Source of the DNA: Methanobacteriota archaeon
GTDB lineage: Archaea > Thermoplasmatota > Poseidoniia > Poseidoniales > Poseidoniaceae
Reading direction: 5' to 3'
Assembly: GCA_011526375.1 (NCBI GenBank)
Contig: WTIT01000087.1
Coordinates: 71,565 to 125,527 of the forward strand
DNA length: 53,963 nucleotides
Shown one piece after another: positions 27,051 to 35,455 of this stretch (the stretch's first letter is position 1; every line of letters starts with the position of its first letter). Under the pieces are notes generated by a model that ran no database searches, was not told where the DNA came from, and saw only the letters and a program-made list of their open reading frames with translations. A program made the translations under genes and the position numbers.

Positions 27051-29231
27051 ATGGTTTCTAAAGCCCAACTTCGGATTCTTGCTTGGTTAAGCAAACAACC
27101 GGACAGTTTGGAAAAGTCTTGGGATGTCAGCCGTGAAATTTCCTTACCAGGTATTGCAGAAGGTATTGGAGTAGTTCGTTCGGCACTTAATGTACCGTTA
27201 ACCAAATTAGAGCAAGATGGTTTGATTACCAAACGTATGGCTCATGTCATAGGTGGCGGAAATAGGCGTAGACAAGTATACCACATTACTGGGAGCGGAA
27301 GAGCGCAAATCTCAGAGAGTGAGATGCAATTGCCAAAGCAAGAGAGGCTGTACAAAATCTACGGCAACCCGCCAAACGCCTCAGAAATTTTTGGTCGAAA
27401 GGATGAAACAGTCCGATGTTTAGAAATTCTACTGAAAAATTCACTGATGGTAACTGGTATGCCGGGAATAGGAAAATCGGCATTTGTTCTCAATTTATGT
27501 CAAGAATTAGCGGGAAAATTTCAGATTCGATGGGCAGCAGCAGAGTATTTTTCCGATTATCATAGTATTGCCTCCTCATGGTATCCAGAAAAACCCGTTC
27601 CAAAAGATCTTGATGCAATATGCCATATGATTGAATCAAGCGCAGTAATGTTGGTAATTGATGATGTAAATTTAATCAGTGAGAGACATATTGAAAAGGT
27701 ACAAGAATTGGTTAGTAAACTAACTAAAACAGAAAATATACGAATTATCCTATTATCTAGAGAGAGTTCGGATTTATTTGGGCAGTTTGATAATTTCAAA
27801 TTAGATGCGTTAGATTTAGAATCATGTTGTAATATGCTTGGTGAGCACCTGCCATTGACAGAACGAGAAAAAGTTGTCAACAGTTTGGGCAATCATCCGT
27901 TGGCATTAAAATTATATCAACCCGAACATGAAACACCTGAATCATCTAAGGATGTAGTTGAGTATGTTGAAAATGTGGTTTTAACTGCTCTTTCGGATGA
28001 CCAAAAGCATGTGATTTCTCGCCTCTCCTTAGAACCGAAAATGATGACTGTAGAGAATTCTATAGCAGTGGATGATATTGATTTGTTAGACGAACAAAAT
28101 TTAGTTCGCTGGAATAACGGTAATTTGTTCGAACTGCAGCATTTAATTCGGAATGTGACAAGAAATAATTTGGCGCCAAATGAAAGAAAAGATGGTCATA
28201 AATTTCTTGCTGAGCACTGGAAATCCCAGAATACAGATGGGTCATTTGAGAGTTATCTATACCATTTATCTCGTTCAAATTTGATTGAATTTATCACTCA
28301 ATTATCGACAGAAATAAACTCGTTAAATAATCATGATTCAGCCGCTTTAGCAACCATAGTTGCCGACTCTTTAATTGAAAATGAGACAAATAGCGAGTTA
28401 AGATATCTCGAATCAAAAATTGCTGCGCATAGATTTGAACCGTCCATAATTCGTAATAATTTATCATCACATACTGGTGATCAGTTAATAGAGATGGAAT
28501 TTATTCTAGCGCAAATAGAAGGCAGAGTTGCACGCTATGAGTCGGAATTAGGTGAATTGCTCAAACAAAAATCACCTCTAGAAGGAGCTAGACTACTAAT
28601 TTCTCTTGCAAGCCAAGTTTTAGAAGACAGATTACCATCTGCGCCAATAAATGAAGAATCTAGGAATAAAGTGGAGCACTACTTTAAGCAAATTAAGCTA
28701 AAAGATATTCATCATGGGCGCCAATCGATAATTGTGGCTATGTCGATGCTCAAACATTCCATTGCCATGGCAGACTTTGACTTTGTACTGGGTGATAACA
28801 TAATACAATCGCTGATTGGAGTAGGTTCAATTGATGATACAATTATTCTCAACTTAAGAACCAAAGAAGTAATTGCCAAGTATCTCTCCCAATCGATGGT
28901 TATTGAAGAGGTCGGAACATTAGTTGACGCAAATTGTCTCATGATTGAAAACACACTCATGGCAGATTCGTTAAGATTGAGGTTTATCGAACTCTTAATT
29001 GAGGAAAATCCTGAACTTGCAAAAACTAGATTCGCTCAGTTGACGAAACCTGAAGGATTTTCTCGGACAAATACCACTATCCGATATTCAGCAAGATGGT
29101 GGTTATTACACTCAAAAATCCATCCAAATTCCGCTAAGTCGTCGTTGCGAGAAGCGCTCGTAAGATACCGAGAGGCTGGTTGTATAAACGCCAGTATCGA
29201 GTTAGAGAAATTATTTCATACCCAATTTTAA
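27051..29231 (+). CDS. N-terminal winged-HTH fused to an NB-ARC-like STAND P-loop NTPase and a long C-terminal helical (TPR-like) region
   Basis: wHTH: LTKLEQDGLITKRMAHVIGGGNRRRQVYHITGSGRAQI. P-loop: VTGMPGIGKSAF (27456-27479). Walker B: VMLVIDDVN. RNBS-B-like: IRIILLSRES. GLPL-like: LGNHPLALKL (27888-27908). About 430 aa of predicted helical sequence follow. Confidence 0.6.
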   Translation: MVSKAQLRILAWLSKQPDSLEKSWDVSREISLPGIAEGIGVVRSALNVPLTKLEQDGLITKRMAHVIGGGNRRRQVYHITGSGRAQISESEMQLPKQERLYKIYGNPPNASEIFGRKDETVRCLEILLKNSLMVTGMPGIGKSAFVLNLCQELAGKFQIRWAAAEYFSDYHSIASSWYPEKPVPKDLDAICHMIESSAVMLVIDDVNLISERHIEKVQELVSKLTKTENIRIILLSRESSDLFGQFDNFKLDALDLESCCNMLGEHLPLTEREKVVNSLGNHPLALKLYQPEHETPESSKDVVEYVENVVLTALSDDQKHVISRLSLEPKMMTVENSIAVDDIDLLDEQNLVRWNNGNLFELQHLIRNVTRNNLAPNERKDGHKFLAEHWKSQNTDGSFESYLYHLSRSNLIEFITQLSTEINSLNNHDSAALATIVADSLIENETNSELRYLESKIAAHRFEPSIIRNNLSSHTGDQLIEMEFILAQIEGRVARYESELGELLKQKSPLEGARLLISLASQVLEDRLPSAPINEESRNKVEHYFKQIKLKDIHHGRQSIIVAMSMLKHSIAMADFDFVLGDNIIQSLIGVGSIDDTIILNLRTKEVIAKYLSQSMVIEEVGTLVDANCLMIENTLMADSLRLRFIELLIEENPELAKTRFAQLTKPEGFSRTNTTIRYSARWWLLHSKIHPNSAKSSLREALVRYREAGCINASIELEKLFHTQF

Positions 29232-29461
29232 AGTTCTGCTCCAATCAAGGTTTTTGTATCTACAATTCCATTCATTGGTCTTATTTCTTCAACAATACAA
29301 CGTGTTAGGTCATATTCATCTTCAGCCTGAACTCTAGCAATCAAGTCATATTCACCAAATAACATCCACCCGGCAGTAACTAATTCAATTTCTTCTAATC
29401 TACCTCTAACGTGCTTTTCTTGCCCCGGTTCTGTAGTAATCAGTACGAATCCTATTGCCAT
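29228..29461 (-). CDS. Stand-alone Lrp/AsnC ligand-binding (RAM) domain protein, no HTH
   Basis: 77 aa. It has a beta-alpha-beta-beta-alpha-beta-like pattern: AIGFVLITTEPGQEKHVRGRLEEIELVTAGWMLFGEYDLIARVQAEDEYDL...IVDTKTLI. Its stop overlaps the stop of the STAND gene (convergent, 4 nt). Confidence 0.65.
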   Translation of the reverse strand: MAIGFVLITTEPGQEKHVRGRLEEIELVTAGWMLFGEYDLIARVQAEDEYDLTRCIVEEIRPMNGIVDTKTLIGAEL

Positions 29462-29469
29462 TTTATCAC

Positions 29470-29715
29470 CTAATACTCTACAGCAATCATTGTCTGTGTA
29501 TCTTTAACACCGTCGATTTGCCTAAAATCACTCATCAACATCCCAGAAAGTTTCTTCGAATCTTCAGAACTTACTCTCACAAGTAAGTCATACTCGCCAT
29601 ACAATGCATGAACCTCGACAACTGAATGGTGATTGCTGAGCGTTTGATATACCTCGCGTTCCCTTGCTGGTAATGTTTTGAACAGGACAAATGCCTCAGG
29701 CATGAACCCTTCCAA
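29470..29715 (-). CDS. Stand-alone Lrp/AsnC ligand-binding (RAM) domain protein, no HTH
   Basis: 81 aa: AFVLFKTLPAREREVYQTLSNHHSVVEVHALYGEYDLLVRVSSEDSKKL...GVKDTQTMI. It is a paralog of the gene 8 nt downstream. Confidence 0.65.
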   Translation of the reverse strand: MEGFMPEAFVLFKTLPAREREVYQTLSNHHSVVEVHALYGEYDLLVRVSSEDSKKLSGMLMSDFRQIDGVKDTQTMIAVEY

Positions 29716-29812
29716 GAGCCCTCGTTTCTTATTGCTTGCTGTTATGTTGTTAGAAACAAGTTTTGCTCAATGAGACGAACCATTGAAAAGCATAATCGAT
29801 TAACCCGTTACT

Positions 29813-32800
29813 ATGGATAACAGGGCAAAGTCGTTTTTTCCCTGCTTGTTGATGTCCATAATAATGCTTGCATTGCCTATGACAAGTTTGCCAATGAGCA
29901 ACGATAATCAAATGAAGTATAGTGATATTTCAACCTCATCAGTGAAATCTCAAACAACTTGGAGTGGCGTAGTTGAATTGACCGGCTCCTACACAATAAA
30001 CATCTCAGATGAATTGGTTATCGCGCCGTGTACACTAGTAAAACTGCCAAATACCGCACGAATCTTCGTTGAGGGTCGACTTTCGATTGAAGGTGATTTA
30101 ACTTGTCCAGTAATTATTGATCAAGACGGTTCAGGGCTACACTATGGGATACAATTCAATCAGTCTTCTTTTGGTAGAGGCTCAATAATTGATAATTTAT
30201 CAATTGATAATTCAATGTACGGAGTTACAATTTATGGCTCAAATCCAGTTTTGAACAATATCACAATCAATAATCCTTCGAGAGTTGGTATTGACCTCTT
30301 CTCCGGTGCAAACCCAATTATTAGCGACTTGATAGTCGATCAATCTGGAAGAGGATTCACTTACAGTGATTGGAGGTATGGAATAGGCTTGTCGGTCGGG
30401 GCAGGATCATCGCCAATTGTGGAGCGTGCAACACTAACTGATTTGAGGATAAGAGGCCTCAATATATGGGGCGATTCCGGAGGAATTTATCGTCAACTAA
30501 CCATTGATAACGTAACTGCTGAGGGTGCTTCGGCGATATCTGCGGGAGTTTGGGTTGAAGATAGTCGGCCACTGATTACTAATGTCTCGGTAGATAAATC
30601 CGATTATGGTATATTGATTCGTCATATCGATGACGGTGGTAATACAAGAGCGGTCGTTAGAGATTGTCTGGTTACAAATTCAATGTATAGAGGGATATAT
30701 GTCGACAAGGCAAACCATACAAATTTCACTAACTATGAAACCGCCGATTTCACTAATACAGTTGTAAGTGGTACAGGCGGCCCCAATGCTAAAACCTCTG
30801 GCATTGGCTTTGCTGCAATTGAAATTAATGCGACAGGAGCATGGTTCGAGAACACTTTGATCGAGGACTCAACCACCACAGGACTGAGACTCTATTTTGT
30901 GGATTCATCAACAACATTTCGAAATTTGAAAATTGTTAATTCTGGCGATCCAGGGCAAGGAGCTCATGAGGCAGGTCTAGCGATAAGGTCTTCATTTTTC
31001 GCGCCAAATTTCGATGGGCTTGAAATTACAGGCTCCCCTGGACCAGGTATCTCTGCAACATCAGGAGGTGCTATGCAGGGTTCAAATTGGTTTTTGCACA
31101 ATAACTCGGAAGACGGTTTGTATATCGATTCATCAACACTGATTGTTGATGGACTACACCTAACAGATAATGGTCAATCTGGAGCCCATGTTTATGATTC
31201 AAGGTATGTAACACTGACAAATTTAACCGCTGTTGGTAATGGAAATCTCGGATTGACAGATGTTGAACAAGCAGGATTATTGTTTGAGAAATCAAATGAT
31301 ATCGAGACTAATTCAGGAGATGTTACTTGTAATTATTGTTCAGTCTCACAGTCAGCTGGTATCGGAGTAATGGTGAAAGACTCTGTAGATTTGTGGCTCA
31401 ATCATCTTACAGTGCAAAATAATGCTCCCGCATACGACCCGATATCGATTGACAATAGTGGGCTAAACATTGGTCAACAAGGCGGGCAAGTAAATATGCA
31501 TAATGTCGTTGTTGATACTGAACGCTCGGGTACGGACTCAGGTCCTGCGCTGAGAATCAATCGAGCAGCAGCAAATATTGATTTAATTTCACTACAAGGA
31601 AACCATACAGGAATAATCTGGAACGGCAATAACAACGGTGATTATCCATCCTCACTAAGCCGCGCTCAATTATCAGGTACAACTTGTTTACTTCTAACAG
31701 AACACGAATCGTTGACCGGTACTGACAATACGATAACTCCTGAATGTAGTGGTACAATAACTTTGCAAGATAGTAATGTGAACTGGAGTGGATTAACCGA
31801 TTTAGGCCAATCTACCATCATTAACCTCGATTCTTTTTCCAAACTTCACCTTCATCAACCCAATCAAATTGCTTTATCAGATGCGATTATCGCACCCTCT
31901 GGAGAGATTGATGTTGCTTGGGATGTCTCTGTTTGGGTTCAAAATAACAACTCAAACGGAATTCCAGATGCACCAGTGCAAATCAGTTTTGACCAGTTTG
32001 AACCTAATGCTCAAGAAAATACCAATCAAGATGGTTTTGTTACATTTGCTGATTTTATCGGACAAAGATGGACAAATACTGGCCCATCCTCATTTTCAAC
32101 TGTAACCACTACATGTTCTTATGATGGACAATCAAACAGTAGTTCAATTCAATTAGATGGCGACAAAATTGTTTATTGTCTATTACCACTTGATAACCAA
32201 CCACCATTTTTGTATTGGGACAGTCCAGAAGATTCCAGTGTATTCCCAAGTTCTTTCGAGGTAGAATTCAATGCTTCACGCTCTTGGGATCTTGACGACG
32301 ATGCATTGATTTGGGAATGGACCTCATCTATCGATGGAGTAATTGGGACACAGGCCAGTTTTGTGGTAAATCAAGGACTTGCTGGGCAATCGCTAAGTGA
32401 TGGCGTGCATGTTATTACAGCTAAATTGTGTGATGATAAGGACAATTGTGTTCAACAATCTAGAACCGTCGAGTTGTCAAATTTCGACCCAGTTGTTTTC
32501 GTCGATTTTACCCCCGGATTAAATTCATTCAACGAATTAGTTATGCCCAAAACAGGTACATTAGATGTGAATCTGTCAGGTACTTATGACCCTGAAGGAG
32601 ACACGCTCAACTGTTGGATTAGTACTTCATACGGGCTCGAATATCCCGAACAGTCAGGCTCACAACTATCTTGTGCTGAGTTAATTCAATACACCTTCCC
32701 GCTAACTTCATCAACAAATAATCCAGCACCACCTTCGGATAGTTTCAGTTTATCAGTGAATGTCGATGATGGAGTTAATCCAACTGTAGTTCTTTCATAT

Positions 32801-34576
32801 GATGTCATATTGTTTAACGAAATTCCAGACCCTATTTTTGAAATCATTAGAGCCGAGAACTACAGTCAAAATTCTGTGACATTGGATGGTTCTCAAACAG
32901 TTGACCCTGAAGGAGATAATTTGGAAATTGAATTTTATTCTAGCCTTGACGGTGTTTTACAATGGTCAGACCAACCCTCAGGCAATGTTTGGCAAGGTTA
33001 TCTTTCAAGGGGAATTCACACAATTGAGATGAGAGTTACCGATGACGCTTTGGAACATGCAGATACAATCAAAACGTCATCAATCTTGATTTCAGTGCTT
33101 AATTCTGCCCCGATAGTAGACATCAAATCTCCGACAATTATCGACGATTATGATTCATCTGAAATGGTGATTTTATCTGCCAACGGTTCAGGTGATTTTG
33201 ATTCAGTATGTTCTTCATTCAATACTGTTGGTTTTTGGCATTGTTCGATCAATGAACCTGCTCTGGGTTCTGAATTTTTACAAGTGTCTTGGACTAGCGA
33301 TAAAGATGGAAGACTATCATCAACAAATCAAGAGGGCCTTTATTACACCTCGAGATTGAGCAGTGGGTTACACAACTTAACGCTAGAAATCGATGACGGA
33401 ATTAACCCTCCTGTGACGGATACAACCACAGTTGAAATATCAAAATCTGCTCCGGTTTTATCTCTGGCGACCCCAGATACATCACTAACTTATTTATCCT
33501 CTGAGTACATCTTTTGGAATGCTGTAGAATCTGTTGATTATGATGGAGACGATTTTACCATGTCGATATTTTCTGATTTACAAACCGAGGCAATTTTGCT
33601 AAATGCAGACCCGACTCAAACCCATATCTCGCAACTTCAAGCAGGTGAACATGAGATTTCGATAGTTTTAACAGATTCAGATGGGATGCAGCGTATTGAA
33701 ATCATTGATTTACTTGTCATACCATCGCCACCAAGCGCAATAATTGTCAGCCCAGCAGAAGGCCAATCATTTTTGGGTGGAGAAGAGATAATGCTAGAAG
33801 AGGAATCGACAGATGCGGATTTTGATATTGTATTTAGGCAGTGGGAAATTACGGACAAATCTAGTGGAATAGTAGTACACACAAGCAGCTCAAGTACAGA
33901 GCAATTATCATTACAGCCTGGCGAATACTTAGTCAAGTTGACGGTTCGGGATAGTTTGCAAAATATTGAAACAGATACTCGCAATATCAGGGTTGAAAAT
34001 ACCAATCCAGTACTTGACCCTAATTCACTAACTGTGACACCGACCGAACTTACTGCCGGTGTTCTTGTTACGGTTGATGTAAGTGTTGAGTTATCAGACC
34101 CGGATGGAACCACTCAAGATGTACGAGGAACAATTGTATTTGGTTTACAAGTGTGGAATTTTGTTTTACAAGATCTTGATGGCGACAATATTTGGGAGGG
34201 TTCAATAGAGATTAATCCTGAAGATGCCGGCAGACCAAGTTTGAGGATAGTTGCTACGGATGGAGTTGGAGATTCAGCAACGATTAGTCAAGTGTCAAGG
34301 ACAATAGTCGTAAATGAAGCAGAACAATCAAGTACAAACTTATCGTTGATTATTGGTGGTGCTTCGGTTGTTTTACTGCTGATCCTTTCTAGTGTAATAA
34401 TGGCCAAAGTACGAAGGAGGCGATTTGAAGATGAATTAATCGAATCTTGGGATACATTGAGCGAGCCTAAACCAACCAAACAATATCCAGAACTAGGTGT
34501 TGAATCAGTAGATGGAACAAAAGAAGTTGTCAATGACTTATGGTCTCAATTAGAGCAAGAAGAAGGCCTAAACTGA
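29813..34576 (+). CDS. Giant (1587 aa) surface protein: signal peptide, right-handed parallel beta-helix (PbH1/NosD-like) region, multiple PKD/Ig-like modules, C-terminal TM anchor
   Basis: About aa 60-650 shows an approximately 22-25-aa periodicity of G/N/I-rich turns (..NLSIDNSMYGVTIYGSNPVLNNITINNPSRVGIDLFSGANPIISDL..). The later modules carry DPEGD.L...W / WDLDDDALIWEWTS motifs typical of PKD-like folds. The C-terminus is GGASVVLLLILSSVIMAKVRRRR plus an acidic tail. Confidence 0.7.
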   Translation: MDNRAKSFFPCLLMSIIMLALPMTSLPMSNDNQMKYSDISTSSVKSQTTWSGVVELTGSYTINISDELVIAPCTLVKLPNTARIFVEGRLSIEGDLTCPVIIDQDGSGLHYGIQFNQSSFGRGSIIDNLSIDNSMYGVTIYGSNPVLNNITINNPSRVGIDLFSGANPIISDLIVDQSGRGFTYSDWRYGIGLSVGAGSSPIVERATLTDLRIRGLNIWGDSGGIYRQLTIDNVTAEGASAISAGVWVEDSRPLITNVSVDKSDYGILIRHIDDGGNTRAVVRDCLVTNSMYRGIYVDKANHTNFTNYETADFTNTVVSGTGGPNAKTSGIGFAAIEINATGAWFENTLIEDSTTTGLRLYFVDSSTTFRNLKIVNSGDPGQGAHEAGLAIRSSFFAPNFDGLEITGSPGPGISATSGGAMQGSNWFLHNNSEDGLYIDSSTLIVDGLHLTDNGQSGAHVYDSRYVTLTNLTAVGNGNLGLTDVEQAGLLFEKSNDIETNSGDVTCNYCSVSQSAGIGVMVKDSVDLWLNHLTVQNNAPAYDPISIDNSGLNIGQQGGQVNMHNVVVDTERSGTDSGPALRINRAAANIDLISLQGNHTGIIWNGNNNGDYPSSLSRAQLSGTTCLLLTEHESLTGTDNTITPECSGTITLQDSNVNWSGLTDLGQSTIINLDSFSKLHLHQPNQIALSDAIIAPSGEIDVAWDVSVWVQNNNSNGIPDAPVQISFDQFEPNAQENTNQDGFVTFADFIGQRWTNTGPSSFSTVTTTCSYDGQSNSSSIQLDGDKIVYCLLPLDNQPPFLYWDSPEDSSVFPSSFEVEFNASRSWDLDDDALIWEWTSSIDGVIGTQASFVVNQGLAGQSLSDGVHVITAKLCDDKDNCVQQSRTVELSNFDPVVFVDFTPGLNSFNELVMPKTGTLDVNLSGTYDPEGDTLNCWISTSYGLEYPEQSGSQLSCAELIQYTFPLTSSTNNPAPPSDSFSLSVNVDDGVNPTVVLSYDVILFNEIPDPIFEIIRAENYSQNSVTLDGSQTVDPEGDNLEIEFYSSLDGVLQWSDQPSGNVWQGYLSRGIHTIEMRVTDDALEHADTIKTSSILISVLNSAPIVDIKSPTIIDDYDSSEMVILSANGSGDFDSVCSSFNTVGFWHCSINEPALGSEFLQVSWTSDKDGRLSSTNQEGLYYTSRLSSGLHNLTLEIDDGINPPVTDTTTVEISKSAPVLSLATPDTSLTYLSSEYIFWNAVESVDYDGDDFTMSIFSDLQTEAILLNADPTQTHISQLQAGEHEISIVLTDSDGMQRIEIIDLLVIPSPPSAIIVSPAEGQSFLGGEEIMLEEESTDADFDIVFRQWEITDKSSGIVVHTSSSSTEQLSLQPGEYLVKLTVRDSLQNIETDTRNIRVENTNPVLDPNSLTVTPTELTAGVLVTVDVSVELSDPDGTTQDVRGTIVFGLQVWNFVLQDLDGDNIWEGSIEINPEDAGRPSLRIVATDGVGDSATISQVSRTIVVNEAEQSSTNLSLIIGGASVVLLLILSSVIMAKVRRRRFEDELIESWDTLSEPKPTKQYPELGVESVDGTKEVVNDLWSQLEQEEGLN

Positions 34577-35347
34577 TTACTGCTCGGGCAGATTTTTGTT
34601 GGTAGAGTCAGGGTTACTATCTCGAGAACCCCACGGAGTTCTGGTTCTATTTAGTCCAATTCTCTTAGCAAATAAGAATTTAAAATTTTTCCAACCGTCT
34701 CCCCAGGTGTGAATTTCAGCATCACCTACCCTAGGCCTGTACGGAACAGATATCTCGATTGCTTTTGATTTTCCAATATGCTTTCTTGCTAGGATCTTAA
34801 TTTCTTCTGAAAGTGGCATTCCATCATTGGTTGGACGCATCTTGTGGTCATCGAAGATAGATTTTCTAAATACCCACATGCCGGATTGTGAATCTTTTAT
34901 TCCGTAGCCAAATAGTAGTCTTGCAGTAAATGACAAGGCCCAATTGCCGAAACCATGAATTCCGGACATAGAGCCATCTTCGGCTAGAGATAATCTGTCA
35001 CAGGTTATGAATTGTAAATCGTCATCGAGTAATTTTTTAACAAGTTTAGGCACTAATTCAGCAGGATATGTACAATCAGCATCCATTGTGACGATTATTT
35101 CATGGCTTGCGATATCAAATCCAGTACGGTATGCTCGACCATAACCTCTCCTGTCTTCTAAGTGGACTCTGGCCCCTTTTTTCAGTGCCAACTCACGAGT
35201 CTTGTCTGTTGAGTTACCATCAACAATTAGGATTTCCAGTTTTTTACACCAACCAGTTGGAATCGAATCAATAGTGGGCTCTATTGCTTCTTCTTCATTC
35301 CTTGTTGGAAGGATTATGGTGACACTTACCGGAAGTTTATCCCCCAT
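34577..35347 (-). CDS. Family 2 glycosyltransferase (dolichyl-phosphate hexose synthase-like)
   Basis: VSVTIILPTRNEEEAI, ILIVDGNSTD and VTMDADCTYP (DxD) together indicate a GT-A fold typical of DPM1/AglD/AglJ-type enzymes. Confidence 0.8.
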   Translation of the reverse strand: MGDKLPVSVTIILPTRNEEEAIEPTIDSIPTGWCKKLEILIVDGNSTDKTRELALKKGARVHLEDRRGYGRAYRTGFDIASHEIIVTMDADCTYPAELVPKLVKKLLDDDLQFITCDRLSLAEDGSMSGIHGFGNWALSFTARLLFGYGIKDSQSGMWVFRKSIFDDHKMRPTNDGMPLSEEIKILARKHIGKSKAIEISVPYRPRVGDAEIHTWGDGWKNFKFLFAKRIGLNRTRTPWGSRDSNPDSTNKNLPEQ

Positions 35348-35381
35348 AGACCTCCGTGATGATATTCTGCTTTGAAGTCAT

Positions 35382-35412
35382 TGGCTGAATAATTCACTTG
35401 TTTATTCAGCCA
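35382..35412. promoter_or_regulatory. Perfect 11-bp inverted repeat TGGCTGAATAA-N9-TTATTCAGCCA in the divergent GT2/GT4 intergenic region
   Basis: Arms at 35382-35392 and 35402-35412. The repeat is centred between the GT2 ATG (35347, minus) and the GT4 ATG (35456, plus). The arms contain mirrored AT-rich AATAA/TTATT boxes. Confidence 0.4.
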
Positions 35413-35455
35413 TAATTGGTCAAAATTGAAACGCACGACTCTCTTCGCCCACTTG

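Noticed and set aside
33637-34113. 158-aa antisense ORF inside the beta-helix/PKD giant gene. Also 49037..49489 (150 aa), antisense to the EF-hand protein gene.
   Set aside because: These are Ser/Thr/Pro-rich low-complexity translations opposite acidic coding sequence, which is a typical mirror-frame artefact.
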